Shown here in pieces: positions 52,064 through 64,000 of a stretch of 64,000 bases of DNA (position 1 is the first letter of the stretch; each line of letters begins with the position of its first letter). Under the pieces are notes generated by a model that was not told the DNA's origin, did no database searches, and saw nothing but the letters and a program-made list of their open reading frames with translations. The translations under genes and the position numbers were made by a program. Where the stretch lies: positions 62,001-126,000 of the forward strand of contig NW_026515700.1 of NCBI RefSeq assembly GCF_025526975.1. Reading direction: 5' to 3'. This stretch comes from Fimicolochytrium jonesii. Lineage: Eukaryota.

Positions 52064-52918
52064 TCACGCCCGAGGCGAGTCAGAGGAGGACCCGTCAGGC
52101 GATTGGGCGGAGGGAGTAAGGGTATAAGTCCTAGACATGGTGGGAGGAGGAGCAATGTAATCCGGAAGCACCTTGGCCTTCCGCTGCTGTGTCGAAGAGG
52201 AAGCGACAGACGGCGGTGAAGATGCCCACTCGTTGGACGGGCTGGTGCCAAAGTTGTTGGGAGGTACAGGAGAAGAGTGACGGTTGATGTCTTCTTCGTA
52301 CGAGTAACGAGCCGGCGCCTGCGCCTGCTCAAAGTGAAAAGAACCGTTCAATGGCGACCCTTCGCCGTCGGCCATCCCACCCATAGTGCGGTCCGTGAGA
52401 ATCTGCATAGCGCGACCAAACGCCAGGTTCCACTCCTGATAGTCCGTCGAGGAAGAGCAGCTGAAGCGGTAGTCGTAGGGCTTGACATTGCAGTGAATGG
52501 CAAAGTTACAGGCAGATCGGAGCTGGGTCTCGTCGGAGATCGACTGAATGTCGGAGAACTGTACGAAAGTTGGGGAAGCGGTTGCCGTTTTGGAGTCCAG
52601 TACGATAAGCAACGGGGTGCCTGGGAAAACGGGAAAGGACAATATGAGCAAATATTCTGGGTTCTGCCTCGATGACCTCTTGCCCAGAAACCTACCCTTA
52701 ACGGCCGCGCAAGCGATATGGCCCAAGCAAAACATGCCTTTAGCGTCCATTCCCTTGGTAGGGTTGATCTTGAAAACAGAGGAGAGCACCAGGTGCATGT
52801 CCTCCACGGTCAAAGGGGCGCACAGAACGACATACTTCTTCGAAGGCGCAAGGGGCGAGCGCTTGAGCTGTAAGTGTCCGCTCTTGAGAATGCACGGGTA
52901 CTGTTGTCGTTCGGTCAT
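52064..52918 (-). CDS. PH-like domain protein
   Basis: ILKSGHLQLK...KKYVVL (beta1-2) and YRFSCSSSTDYQEWNLAF (C-terminal PH helix with Trp). Probable in-frame intron near 52620-52695. Confidence 0.65.
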   Translation of the reverse strand: MTERQQYPCILKSGHLQLKRSPLAPSKKYVVLCAPLTVEDMHLVLSSVFKINPTKGMDAKGMFCLGHIACAAVKGRFLGKRSSRQNPEYLLILSFPVFPGTPLLIVLDSKTATASPTFVQFSDIQSISDETQLRSACNFAIHCNVKPYDYRFSCSSSTDYQEWNLAFGRAMQILTDRTMGGMADGEGSPLNGSFHFEQAQAPARYSYEEDINRHSSPVPPNNFGTSPSNEWASSPPSVASSSTQQRKAKVLPDYIAPPPTMSRTYTLTPSAQSPDGSSSDSPRA

Positions 52919-54298
52919 TCTGCTGAGTTTCCCACGAAAACTGAATTCCGCAAATGGTCGTGGTAAGTATGGCGAAAGGAAGTCGAAATGCAATAGGGTT
53001 AGCGGATGGCGAGGTTAGGGCTCTATATAGCTGTCGAAACTTTCCGCCGAAAGCAAAGTAGTTCGTCCTAATGACCGCAGTGTCTGATGAGAGGGGGGCT
53101 GGCAATAAAAGGTCGTTGGTTCATCAACCTTCCAGTTTTTCCTTGGACCCTTGCAAACTTTGAGGCCTGTCGGTGTCGTTTGTGCTCTGTGGGTGTTGGC
53201 TCTTAGCTCACGCGCCGCAAATTTTACCTCATTTTTTCCTCGCAACTAGACACAGCAGACACAACTATATTTAACGTTGTACTGTAGGTGCGGGATAGTA
53301 CTGTAGTACCGAATCTATAAATTGTTGCTGGATCGTGAAAGAAAGCCTCGTTTTTAACCCTGTCTCGGAGATTGGGTCCACGACAGCGTCCATGGTTCGC
53401 TCGCACTCGCACTGCAGGATTAGCAGCGAGTCGCCGGCGACTGCGGCCGAGCGTGCGCGGAGCGCGGCTCGATGACATTCTCCGATATCCTACCAATTCT
53501 TTCGACGGAGCACTGGGGTAAATGCGGACGACTGACGGCTATAGCTTTTCCCATACTGACGCAGGCAGGCAGTTTCACCACAAGCGCGAGATGGCAGGTC
53601 ATTCGACGGAATACAACGGCCGCCGCTGACATGTGCGTGCCAGCTTCAAAACTCCATGCTGGAGTGCTTCTCGGTTTCATTTCCATGGCGGGAATGAGTG
53701 CTGAGTTCAATAATCTAGGCAAAACACACGCTTCGCTCTGTTCCTACGTAGTGTTCACCACCGACCCCGCCAAAGGATTGGCGTGCACACTACGTAGCCT
53801 ATTTTTTCAGCTTTGTCGACATCTCTTCCATTTCTGTGAACCGAGGTATAAAGGATCTCATAAAGCTCAGAAATAACGCTGGCAGGGCCAGTGTCGTTAT
53901 GCGACTCCTGGGTCTGAGGAGTTAAAACTCCGATCAATGCCGTCTATTCGCCATGTAAAGGTCAGTCCGATCCGGACACCGTCATTCCACGGAGAAGCTG
54001 CGGCAGTTCTTGCGTAGCTGGCATAAAAGGCAGAGTTAAAGGTGTTGCGCTCGGCCTGTGTTTGGCGGTAGTTATTGACAGGAGGACGCGCTGTCACATG
54101 TGACGTAATGGTCGGAAGAGGGGTCTGGCACGGAACTCGTGATAACTTCATGAAAAGCCAATCGGTTCACATATGCCTGCCTGTCCTCCACTTTCAACAG
54201 CAATAGTATCTGAACACTACTCTGAAATCCTCGTGCATACCTGCACCATCTTGTAAAATCTTGGAAATACCTGCATTCAATAGCATACCCCAGCAAAG

Positions 54299-56161
54299 AT
54301 GGTCAACATCTCCATCCACCCACTGGCGCCCGCCACGTCCCTCGTAACCGGCTTCAACAACGTCGGAGCATGGGCCATCGAGGGCGTCGTCCGTCTCTCG
54401 ACCGGTTCTCACCCGAGCGAGGAGAACAACGATGCTCCGGACTCTGAGAACCACCCTGCGTCGTTCACGGCAACTAGCATCAAGATCGCGTTGAATGTGT
54501 CAGCTGGCACCAGTGTGGGCACTAGGAGCGAGAGCAATCTGATGGCTGCGCTTGGGAGCTCTGGTAGTCGGGATGCGAAGTGGAATGGGATCGTTCATAT
54601 GGTACGTTTTCGATGGGCGACATTCGTTGTTGAAACACCTGGGGATTGAGCCATACAGTATTTATGCTGGTGGTCCTCTGTTGAAAGCGTTTTCCTGATA
54701 TTCTGGCATTTTGCAGAACAAGGACCTGGAGCTTGTTCCCCAAACCAGTCACGGTGCCAACGGAGTGATTCTGAAGAAGAACGAGGTTGTAGATTTGCCG
54801 TTCCGTTTCGAATTTGGTCGAGGGCTTCCACCAAGCTCAGAGGTCGAGCGCGGAAGGTGCGTTCGAGCGTGAAACCTAATGGTATCAAATTGGGGCCATT
54901 CATACTGCAGTCCAACTAAGTGCCTAAGGGCTTTCTCATCCCTTGCAGGTACAGGGCGTTCTCTCGATACCGTTTGAATGTTGCCATCCACGGCCGTCCT
55001 CACGGGCTGAGGAACGCTTTCGAACCGCGGTCGCTGACTCTGGACTACGATGTTCCCGTTTCATTTTATGATGTTGGACAAGTCAAAAAGGTATGTTATA
55101 TCATTATCTTTGTGGGCCAGACGGAGATAATAGAATGATTTGTTGATCCACAATTTCTCCTCAGCTGTTGGAACCGAAGCCGGAGACCTGGGAGGGCAGC
55201 ACAGAGGAGCTTGACTGGTCCATCACTCTCGGCTCCGTTCTGTTCCCCCCCAACGAATTCACCAAAATCTTCCTGAAAGCCTCCCTCCGCAATCGCGAGG
55301 ATGCCGGTGCCCATACCCTCGCGACCTCCCCGACCACACAAGCCGCCTTCAACCATACAGCCGGCAGCCGCCGCGTGGATCCCGTCCCTTTCATCCGCCG
55401 CGCGACCTTCCAGCTTGTGGAGGATGGCCAAATCCAGGCGTTTCAGGTTGCTCAGACGCCCGTTGGGGCACAGAACTTCCAGCGCCGAGGCGGGTTCGAC
55501 CTTAACCTGCGTCGCAAGAGCGCTGCCGACAAGGTTCTCATTGATAGGGACGTAGGCGGTGGACGCATCGAGATCATGGCGTTCGAGGTGGATGGAGATA
55601 ACCTGAAGGAAGGTCATGAGTTTGTCTTACAGCTGCCGCCATTGGCGCCTGCTTTGCCGACACCGGGCAGTAAGATGGCTGGCGTAGCTTCAATCGACCG
55701 GAGAATGTCGACTGGAGGCACCACCGGCAAGGCGAGCACTGAGGTGCAGGTGAACCCCTCTGGAAACTGGGGTATGTTGTGATTATATTTCGATTCGGAA
55801 TCTGTTCTCATAATAATGTGCTCATTGCTACGCTATTTTCTCCCCAAAATAAGGTACCTTCCAAGTGAGCCACATCGCGCGCATCACCATCGAAGTAGCC
55901 GACGGCCACACCGTTCTATGGGAGACCCCCGTCACAGTTGCCTCCGCCACCGCCGAGCAAGCTCGTACGCTAGCTGCAGCCTACCCCGACTACACCTCGC
56001 TAGACGAAAGCGTTGCCAACTCCGTGAGCGCATCCAATGCCAATCTGGAGGAAGCTTCACGCGGGTTGTTGCTCAAGGCTGCTGAGATGGTCAACTCGGT
56101 CGTTCGGCCCGATGTGCCATGCGTTAGAGTTGATAGTGAGGCGGCTGTTGCGGCTCATTAG
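54299..56161 (+). CDS. Arrestin-fold (alpha-arrestin-like) protein (multi-exon)
   Basis: IEGVVRL, SIKIAL, DLPFRFEF..GLPPS, YRLNVAI, FQLVE, VSHIARITI...ETPVTV: the arrestin N/C beta-sandwich pattern across exons. Confidence 0.6.
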
Positions 56162-56524
56162 TGGACTAGGGAGGGTGTTATTTGTTCTGGCTTTTGGAAA
56201 CACTATAGGCTCGGATTTGCAGCACGAGTCAGAATCGTTGCGTCTTTGGTTGGATATGGGAACTTTGAAATGCTGTCATATGCTGAACATCCGCTCTGTA
56301 TGAAATATCCTCTGTCAAATTACATTCGTGGATAGTAAAGCTTGTCGCCCACTTTTCCTTTAGTTCTTCTATCAACCTGAACTCGCCGTACAACAGGAGG
56401 TGAATGTCTCAAGATGACCCTTTCCGAGCTCATAAGCGGGGAATTTTGCTCGCACATGCGGCATACGTTTTTTAACACGCCATGATCGACAAGTATGATA
56501 CAAGGAACAAACATATACCAAACA

Positions 56525-58644
56525 TTACGACGAATCTACAGGTATCACTTTCCCCTTTTGATTGATATGAGCCACTCCTTTCGCCCACTCGCTGACACGC
56601 CGCCCAACATTGGGCACCTCGGGCAGTGAAGGCGGCCGCACCTTCAGGGCCCCAGAGGCGTTTGCATAAGCCTTTTTGAAAGCGATCTTGAGCTTTGCCC
56701 ATGGTGATCGTTTATTCTCCATGGGCGATGTTTCGGCGTCGACTCCGGTGGACCTCCGCATAGACGTGCCGGCATCCTTCTTGCTTGTTGGATGGAAACT
56801 GGGGTCGGTGAAGGAAGAAGCGAGCATAGAGCGGAGATGGGATATCTCGGATTCCAGAGCCAGGATTCTATGAAATCGGATCATTAGCTTCGGAACTTGC
56901 TTGGCAATGAACATGTCTTCGTACCGAAGGCATAAACATACCTGAGAGACTGCATATCGATGTTGACGGTAGCCCGCAGCTTGACCTTCTTCGCCCTTTC
57001 CGCAAAGCGAAGGGTGCTCATCGTCTCCTCATAGCAACTTCCAGCCGGACTTATACATGCAATCATGACCGTCAAAGCATTTCCGCCCAGCGAGTCGGAT
57101 AACAAGTACGTCAACTTGCTATCCCTGTACGAGACGTGGTTACTCGCTCGCGTAGGCGCCGAGAGCGCGGAGATGACATTCCCGAGGCTGAGCAGCGACT
57201 GATTGATGCTGCCCCCTTCTTTTAACCGTGTCCCAACGGCGCCGGTGTCTTTCGCCCGTTCTGATCCTGCCAAGTCAACAAGGTGGATTTTCGACCGTTT
57301 GCGGGCGCCGATGTCCTCTGGGAGGGTGCCTCCTCGCCTTCGTTGGATTTGCTCGATGATGAGCGTGAAGACGGCGTGGGAGCGTGATGAGGCTTCGTTC
57401 ATGTTTGTCTCCCCGACTAGCGTTGCAGTACATATGAGTTGCGGAGTTGCGGTTTTCCTTCGATTTTCAACATGGTTGAAGGCATACCTGTGCGCCTTTT
57501 AGCCCCGACTTGTGCCACCCGGACGTAGTCCTCGATATCTACAACCTCACGCTCTGTCAGGCCCTGCACATACAGCTCACGCCCGGAAAGCGAGTCCGGA
57601 TCCATGCGAATTCGAAGATCCGCTGAGTAAACACCAAGATACAGTTTAGGTGAACGATCGACAGTAATGAGCGAAGTCTGCGATTTCTGCCTACCTTGCC
57701 CGTCCTTATCGCAAAGCAAGTCAGTCAGAGTCTCCTGGTAGATCTCAAGATACGTCGCTTTGACGCAAAACGAGGTGACATCTTCCGACTTGCTCGAGGC
57801 TTCCTCCTCGTTGGTTCTTCGGATGTGGTCCACGATGTCTGCAGCGACCCGGAGCATGATTCCGCGTTGTTCGGGTGCGGATGGAGGAGGATCTAATGGA
57901 GTGGGTTTGTATCCCTCCATGGTGTATGTCTTCCCACTAGCGGTTTGACCCTATCGCACAAACGAGACCAAGATCAATGCTTGAGACAGAGTTCTGCAGC
58001 TAAAAGTTCCGTCCACTCACATATGCGAAGACGCATCCATTGTAACCCTCAAGACACTTTTCCACCAACCCCTTCACCATCCTCTCATATACACAAGTGG
58101 TATCGTCCTGATCTGCAAACACAGCGTCGAAAGCAAATTCCTTACTTCCACGCCTCCCAGACGGATCCGCTATTCCCAGGGAATCCGGCTGTGATGTCCC
58201 GATGCTGATGCATGGCTCTTTTGCCAAAGGATTGGTGGGTGCAGGCGGTTGGACCGATGGGGTTGGAGATGGCGATGGTGCAATTGACGCCGCAGTCGAC
58301 ACTCTGCGTGATGTTGGAGTTTTGGGGCCCCTTGTTCCTGTGCATGACTGCGAAACCTGGCGCGCTGATCGATGGGGCTTCAGATTGGGGAGTGGACGGA
58401 CCCGTACAGCAACCTGTATCCGCTGGGATTCTAATGGAGGCAGATGCACTTTGGGTGCAGGCGGGCTCAGAATGCTGGGCTCCGCAGCGGGTGCAGTGTT
58501 CTTCTTTTGTGAGGCTGCATCCGCCGAGCTGGCCTTCCATTGCGATGCACCAACCGGGGCATCTAACCCAATTGATCTGGTGGCCGGTGTGATCTTATTG
58601 CTAAAACCTGGTTCCCGCACCCTTCCTTCCGTTATAGCAGACAT
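56525..58644 (-). CDS. Kinesin motor protein with short C-terminal tail (5 exons)
   Basis: [95 protein letters not shown]. Confidence 0.95.
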
Positions 58645-59057
58645 AGCGTTTTCGTGTTTCTCTCACGGTATTCCCACTATCAATGCTCTCTTATCAGAGG
58701 GTAGAATATGGCCACACTGCTCACGATTCCGAGGGGGCGAATCTCCGACATAAACGTAACGCGCACGCAAGCCACCTTTGCGCCACTCGGCGCCACACCG
58801 ATTCAAGCATGCACGTGACCGTCCCAGACGAACTGGAATGGGAAAGGCGGAAACGGCTTGGGCTTAACATTTCGCCAACGACGCATTCCAATAGCTGAGA
58901 TCCACCTCGGCTGCGAATTAAACTGTTGCTAGTCCTTCCTCAACAGGTGAGTATTTTGCCCTGGGCGGAGACGTCACTGGCAAACTTTTTCAGTCGAGGC
59001 ATTCGCATTCCTGGGACTAACTTTGATTGTTGATTATCTATCTACAGAACAGCGACC

Positions 59058-60011
59058 ATGCCCCACTCCTTCGGTAAGTAATCGAAAAAGCCAGGAAAAG
59101 GGCGCCGGAAAGTGTACTTGCGGAAGATATGCGAAAAATTATGGAGGAGACGAATTCGGGTCAAGTTCTACCACACAAATTGAAGCCGAACTCTGATCTC
59201 GGCGTATTTGTAAATTCCTACAGGTCTCCGGGCTCGTACCCGCCACTTGTTCTCTCGCAACTTCCGTGAAAAGGGTTCCATCCCCCTTTCCACCTACCTG
59301 AAGTCCTACAAGGTCGGCGACATTGTGGACATCAAGGCTAACGGTGCCGTTCACAAGGGTATGCCCCACAAGTTCTACCACGGGTATGTGTTAGGCAGGA
59401 CAGCAGAGTGTGGGCGTGGAGGATGGAGGATGTGGGGTTGGAGTGGGAAGGGGAGATTTAGATGAAGTTAGAGGAGTTACGGACGATTTGAGTAGAGCAG
59501 ACTATGGATTCGGAAGCTTCTTGGAGGATGGAGGAGGGAGTGGGAGAGGGGCTGAGGACTGCTGGGAACAACTTGGGGGGATGACTGCCGACACAATTCT
59601 CTGATCGAACCCGTCTCGCCGATTTCCAGAAAGACCGGCATCATCTACAACGTTACCAAGTCCGCCGTCGGCATCATCGTCCACAAGCAGGTCGGCAACA
59701 GGTACATCGAGAAGCGTGTCAACATCCGTGTCGAGCACATCAAGCACTCGAACTGCCGTCTGGATTTCCTGCGTCGTGTCAAGGCTAACGCCGCTGCCAA
59801 GAAGGAGGCCAAGGAGAAGGGTGGTACGTACAGTGGATATACTTCCGGTTTGAACAGGTTCGTGAGTATATTCAATCGGCTCATTTATGTTGCCACAGTT
59901 TCCTTCAACCTGAAGCGTCAGCCCGTCGGACCCGTCAAGGCCCACCACGTCTCGACTAAGAACAACGCCCCCACCACGATCACCCCCGTTCCCTACGAAG
60001 CTTTGGTTTAA
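59058..60011 (+). CDS. RPL21: 60S ribosomal protein eL21 (4 coding exons, probable 5'UTR intron 58947-59047)
   Basis: [19 protein letters not shown]...[29 protein letters not shown]...[13 protein letters not shown]...PVPYEALV. Confidence 0.97.
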
Positions 60012-60339
60012 AAGAAGCGTTCTGATCATGTTGTACATACGGTAGTGGGGAAGGCTCCTGTTAATTTCATATTCTTGCGGCAATTCGCTTCAAATATGAT
60101 GTTCTGGGTTCTTCGGCATCACCTGCTGTTCATTCGCACAAGTGTGTGTTAACTGGGGAGGCGCGACGGCTCACAATTTCGTGGCCGCCATATTTACATT
60201 TTTATTTACAACAGCTTTCCCGAGGATCCCTCTTGATGAGCAGGAGAGAGGGGGCTTTCGGGAGGGAGGAGGGAGGGTTATATACAGCTATCTTGCATTA
60301 AGGGGTAGTAAAGTATTGGGACCAAACGGGGCATAAACC

Positions 60340-60361
60340 GGGGGGGGGGGGGGGGGGGGGG
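60340..60361 (+). repeat. Poly-G tract (22 nt) between convergent RPL21 and SPX-RING 3' ends
   Basis: Directly visible homopolymer. Confidence 0.9.
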
Positions 60362-60409
60362 TATACGACGCCGCGGAGATCGTAAGGTTAAGGAGTCCAT
60401 GCATGCCCT

Positions 60410-62327
60410 TCACATAACGACACACCCTGTGCCATTCCCGGAAGCGCTCGACACGGACGCAACAGACTGCTGCGACCCCCGCCGACCCGTGCGTGGGCGG
60501 ACGGGGTTGGATGTGGCTGCCGCCGCAGTTGGTGCGGATGGGCTGCTGCTCATGAGCGCCTGTGGTATCCCGTTCGGAAACAGGGTAGCGAGCTCCTCGG
60601 TGGCGCGCTCGCGTCCGTTCTCGAGGGCCTTTTGTTTGACTTCTTTGGGGAAGTAGAGTTTTAGGAGGTTCATTCTTGCCACGTCTAACGGAACAGGAAA
60701 AGAGGGGCGCGGTTTTCCTAAATCAGTTCCTCTGGTCAAGAAAAAAGGGGGTATGAATATAAAAGGACTCACCGAGCTGGTTGGGCGTCGCGTCCTCGAT
60801 CGCGTTATGTGACCGACACACCGGGCAGTTCTTGACCTCCCGGACCTGCGCCTTGACGAGACACCGAACGCAAAAGACGTGGCCGCAGGTGAGACGGATG
60901 GGTTTCCAGGCCACGTCTTGGCAGATCGGGCAGGCGTAGTCGTCGGGTTGGGGGATCACTGTTACCAGTCGTTCCTGCGATTTCGAAACGTTGATCAGCA
61001 CACCAAATTCGGAGGGTCCATAGCTATAATTGTAGATATGCCATACCTGAATGGAAAAAATAAGGGCCCGTGCAATATTATCCATAAAGAAAGACTGGCC
61101 CTGCGAGAACCGACTAAACTCCTCGCTAGCGGTCAAATGCGTCCTCTTATCATGCTTCTTCAGAATCTTCCGCACGGCCATATGATTGATCTCCTCAAAC
61201 GTCCTCAACGCAAGAATCTCATGATTGATCGCCAAAAATGCTCGCAGCGCCTTCATGGACGCTTCGGCTTTCATCTGATGGCGCATGTTCTCCTGCACGA
61301 TCTTGGCGAAGGTTAACAGCTGTTGTTTGCTGGAGGGTAATGGCCGGTCTTTGACCCCGTTGACGAGCCAAATTTCGGACTGGAGGTAGGCGGAGAGGAG
61401 CGTGCGCCAGGCGTACATGTCTTTGCTGTAGGGCGAGGAGGCGCTGGCGAGGTAGCGGGAGAGGGTTTCGAGGTTTTCGTTGAAATTTGAGCGTTGGGTA
61501 TTTTCAAAGACGGTGATTTCGGTGACGGCGGAAGAGATGTCGGAAAAGAATTGTTGGTCGGCTTCGAGGAAGAGTTTGAGGACGTTGTTGCCAGCGTCTT
61601 CTGCTGATGACGAAGTTTGGGGGGTGGAGATGATGTCGTCGACGTCCAGAATGATGTCCTCCGTTGGGGATGGAATGCTGCTGCTGCTGCCGCCGTCGGT
61701 AGCCGGGGCAGAAACCGCCCCTGCGGCGGCGGTGGCGGCTTGCGAAAACAACGACTGACCCGCCTGCTTGCCCTTATCCTCCTTTGCAGTTTTTGAAAGC
61801 AGGCCCTTCAAGGAGATATGTGACTTTGATCGGATCTTGATCCGCAATGACCTCGATCCCCCAGCTTTCGATTTCCCCGACTCTTGAACCTCTATCTGAA
61901 CACCCTTCTTCTGATCCGATAAGGAAAGCACGGGGGCGTCGGGGTTGGCTTCTACACTCAGACCGGCATTATGAGCTTCGTCGTCCCCAGCAATGTTGAT
62001 GATTATGAACGGCTCGAGGTTTCCCGAGCTGCCTTCCAGAAAGTACTCGACTGTGCATAACCGCGGTCCCGAAGGAGTCGATATCACTGTCCCTTTTGAA
62101 TTGTCTCCCACCGAGATACCCTTTTCCTCCAATTCTGCCCATCGAAAAAATGGTGCATAGAGATCTCAAGTGAGTTCAAAAGGTTCTCGAGGCTCCCTGA
62201 GTTCCAGTCCTCCCACCATACCTTTAACGATACTCCGAATAGTCTTCTTCAACGCCTTGTACTGAAAGGCCGGCCACTCCGGCGGGAGGTCTCGGTAGGC
62301 CTCGCTGTATTGTTTAGCAAACTTCAT
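60410..62327 (-). CDS. SPX-RING E3 ubiquitin ligase (Pqr1/NLA-like) ending in CaaX motif CVVM
   Basis: MKFAK...QYKALKK (SPX helix 1), EINHMAVRKILKKHDKRT, RING CPICQDVAWKPIRLTCGHVFCVRCL...CPVCR, LKLYFPKEVKQK, terminal GCVVM*. Confidence 0.93.
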
Positions 62328-62714
62328 AACCGGGCGTACACTGGGGGCTACCCCGCAAGCCGTCCGGGAGTGTATGTGGAGTGTTCAAACGTGAGGGTTT
62401 TGGGTATGAGGTGCCTATTGCTGCCGGGCGTGGGAATATCCACCGTTTCCTGCGTCGAAACTTGGAGGGGAGAACTGACGGAATGCCGCAGTTTCTTTTG
62501 CCTTCTGTCGTATGGCGATTGCTGTCCGAGTTGCGGTTGTGCTCTGCGGCTCCGAGTTGCTTATATATGGATGCGAGACCTGGTTCCGTAGGTCGACTGT
62601 GTTGCCTGTTGGGAGCTGTGAATTTGAAAGACCGCCTGTGGTTGTGCTGAAGTGACTTTTCATCCCTGTGGAGCCTGCGGTTTGGCGTCGGTGATTATTT
62701 ACGCTGCGCTTGCT

Positions 62715-62993
62715 CACGCGACTCCCACGCACTCCGAACTGCCTCCGAACCCCCGCAAACTCGCTGTAACAACGGGCTCCAAGACTGTTTGCTTTCCACA
62801 CATGGGAAGTTTCCAAGGCGACCAACTTGTACTGCAGTGCATCCATCGAATCAATGAAATGTGGAGCTGTCGAAGCGACGGGGCGCACCGCCGCGGCCAA
62901 ATGTCTCGGACAGAGGGGTCCAATCTCGGCTTCTTTCCCGCATTGGGTTCCCTGACGCTTTCCGGTTTTGAACACGTACGCGCAGTTAGTCAT
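62715..62993 (-). pseudogene. Truncated giant-virus-like ORF: CxYxFKxGxxxGxxC...CxxH Zn finger followed by a possible Lon-protease N-terminal fragment
   Basis: MTNCAYVFKTGKRQGTQCGKEAEIGPLCPRH, then LQYKLVALETSHVWK and frameshifted KQTVLE...SLRG..GSSEC. Intronless. The left boundary is approximate. Confidence 0.5.
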
Positions 62994-63068
62994 AAGTTCT
63001 CAGATATCGTTCAGTGTATATTGAAAACACACAGGAAGGCTTTTTTTTTCGACAGCTGTCCATCCATC

Positions 63069-64000
63069 TCATCTGTAGGAAGATACCACCGCCTGTGTGG
63101 CCGCCTCGATCTCGGATCGATGTGCGGTGAAGAACTCCTGTAAGAACCGATATATCAAGTTCCCTTGTTCCATATTGGCCAGACCTGCGACATTCATTTT
63201 GCCACTGTTAAAGCACGATACGGATATGTCCTTGCAAGTGCATGCTTGTTTGTTCTGCACCGAGCATCTGCCCTGTTTCTCCGGATCGTCCCGGGTCGCC
63301 TCTTTGTAGTGATAGCGCAGGTTTACACCTGCGTTATCGTATGGCTCAAGGCGACTGTAAAAGCCGTTGTCGAGGAAGCAGCGATGCAATTTATCGCGAT
63401 TGATGCGGAACGGTGCTTGGAAGAACGTGTTGATCATGTGGACCTGAAAGGATGTCTCGGGAAGAGGCGCGGCGGGCCCCCACGTTGACGGCAGCGCACT
63501 AAAAGGATGTATTAGTACCCCTTATTCGACGAGGTACTTCCGTTGTCGTTCTCCATCAGCTATGAGCTTGCGTGTAGCCAGGACTGTTTTCGCCTTGACG
63601 AACGACTCTTTCCCAATGATAGTGTGGCCAAAGTATACATAGCCGAACTTCACGTCAAAATTTCGCCTGTTCGCGTCTCGATCAAAGCGCAATCGCAACA
63701 CCGCTCAAGGTATAAACCGACTTTTCGCCATCTTGCCATTTTTCGCTGACGAACAGGGGCGTTTTCTGCGCCCGACTAGAGTCTCCTGCGTCGCGTAGCT
63801 GATCGGCCAGGCCCGAGATCTGTCCCAAAGGCGTGAGGACGACGTATTCGCTGCCAATGTGAGCCACGTCTGGTGATGATCCGGCAGCCCAGCCGACGAT
63901 AGTTGGTGATGTACGTATGAGTTTGAGTTCGCGGGTGTTGTGCGTTTGGAGGCTGAAAAGACGAGGATGGTTGCTGAGATCGCACGCCGGCCGCCGCTAA
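63069..64000 (-). pseudogene. Disrupted Nucleocytoviricota-type TATA-binding-protein-like gene (runs off the window)
   Basis: MINTFFQAPFRINRDKLH...SRLEPYDNAGVNLRYHY...GRC...CTCKDISVSCFNSGKMNVAG...YRFL is a TBP repeat with a Cys-rich insert. The upstream frame has TAA at 63522-63524 and an apparent frameshift near 63700. No introns. Confidence 0.75.

Noticed and set aside
53472..53876. 134-aa ORF upstream of the arrestin-like gene
   Set aside because: No recognisable motif or consistent splice model.
59384..59628. Long G-rich RPL21 intron as a snoRNA or tRNA host
   Set aside because: No convincing C/D box pair with terminal stem. The minus-strand GGTTCGA has no pairing T-arm.
36521..62327. 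Phosphate-regulation cluster (Pho80 cyclin + SPX-RING)
   Set aside because: The genes are about 23 kb apart with many unrelated genes between them.

Overview
Gene-dense, intron-rich eukaryotic DNA with short GT-AG introns. Gene content suggests a zoosporic (chytrid-type) fungus, which is an inference. About 22 host genes can be reconstructed by splicing: mitochondrial uS17, Rpn3, an RGS protein, an RluA-type pseudouridine synthase, a ParB-HTH/phage-Dam-like DNA methyltransferase, ethanolamine kinase, GH2 beta-mannosidase, a TBC RabGAP, a TPR protein, an ANK-DysF-FYVE-RING ligase, a secreted repeat polyprotein, MCM7, a Pho80-like cyclin, a small stress-type protein, a PASK-like kinase, a REC114-like protein, Nbp35, a SAP30-like protein, PH-like and arrestin-like proteins, a kinesin, RPL21 and an SPX-RING ligase. 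Standout observations: (1) a decayed, intronless giant-virus-like segment (viral-type TBP plus a Zn-finger/Lon-like fragment) at the right edge; (2) an intron-bearing phage-type Dam methyltransferase with SPPV instead of NPPY; (3) a secreted multi-module precursor whose N/K-rich and Gly-Tyr-rich units are separated by EVEAAG spacers; (4) an RGS protein with six K[LI]xx[FLM]xG repeats; (5) a REC114-like meiotic gene; (6) a DEAH helicase relic; (7) alternating C-rich and G-rich blocks inside exons. All calls are by-eye motif recognition; no searches were run.
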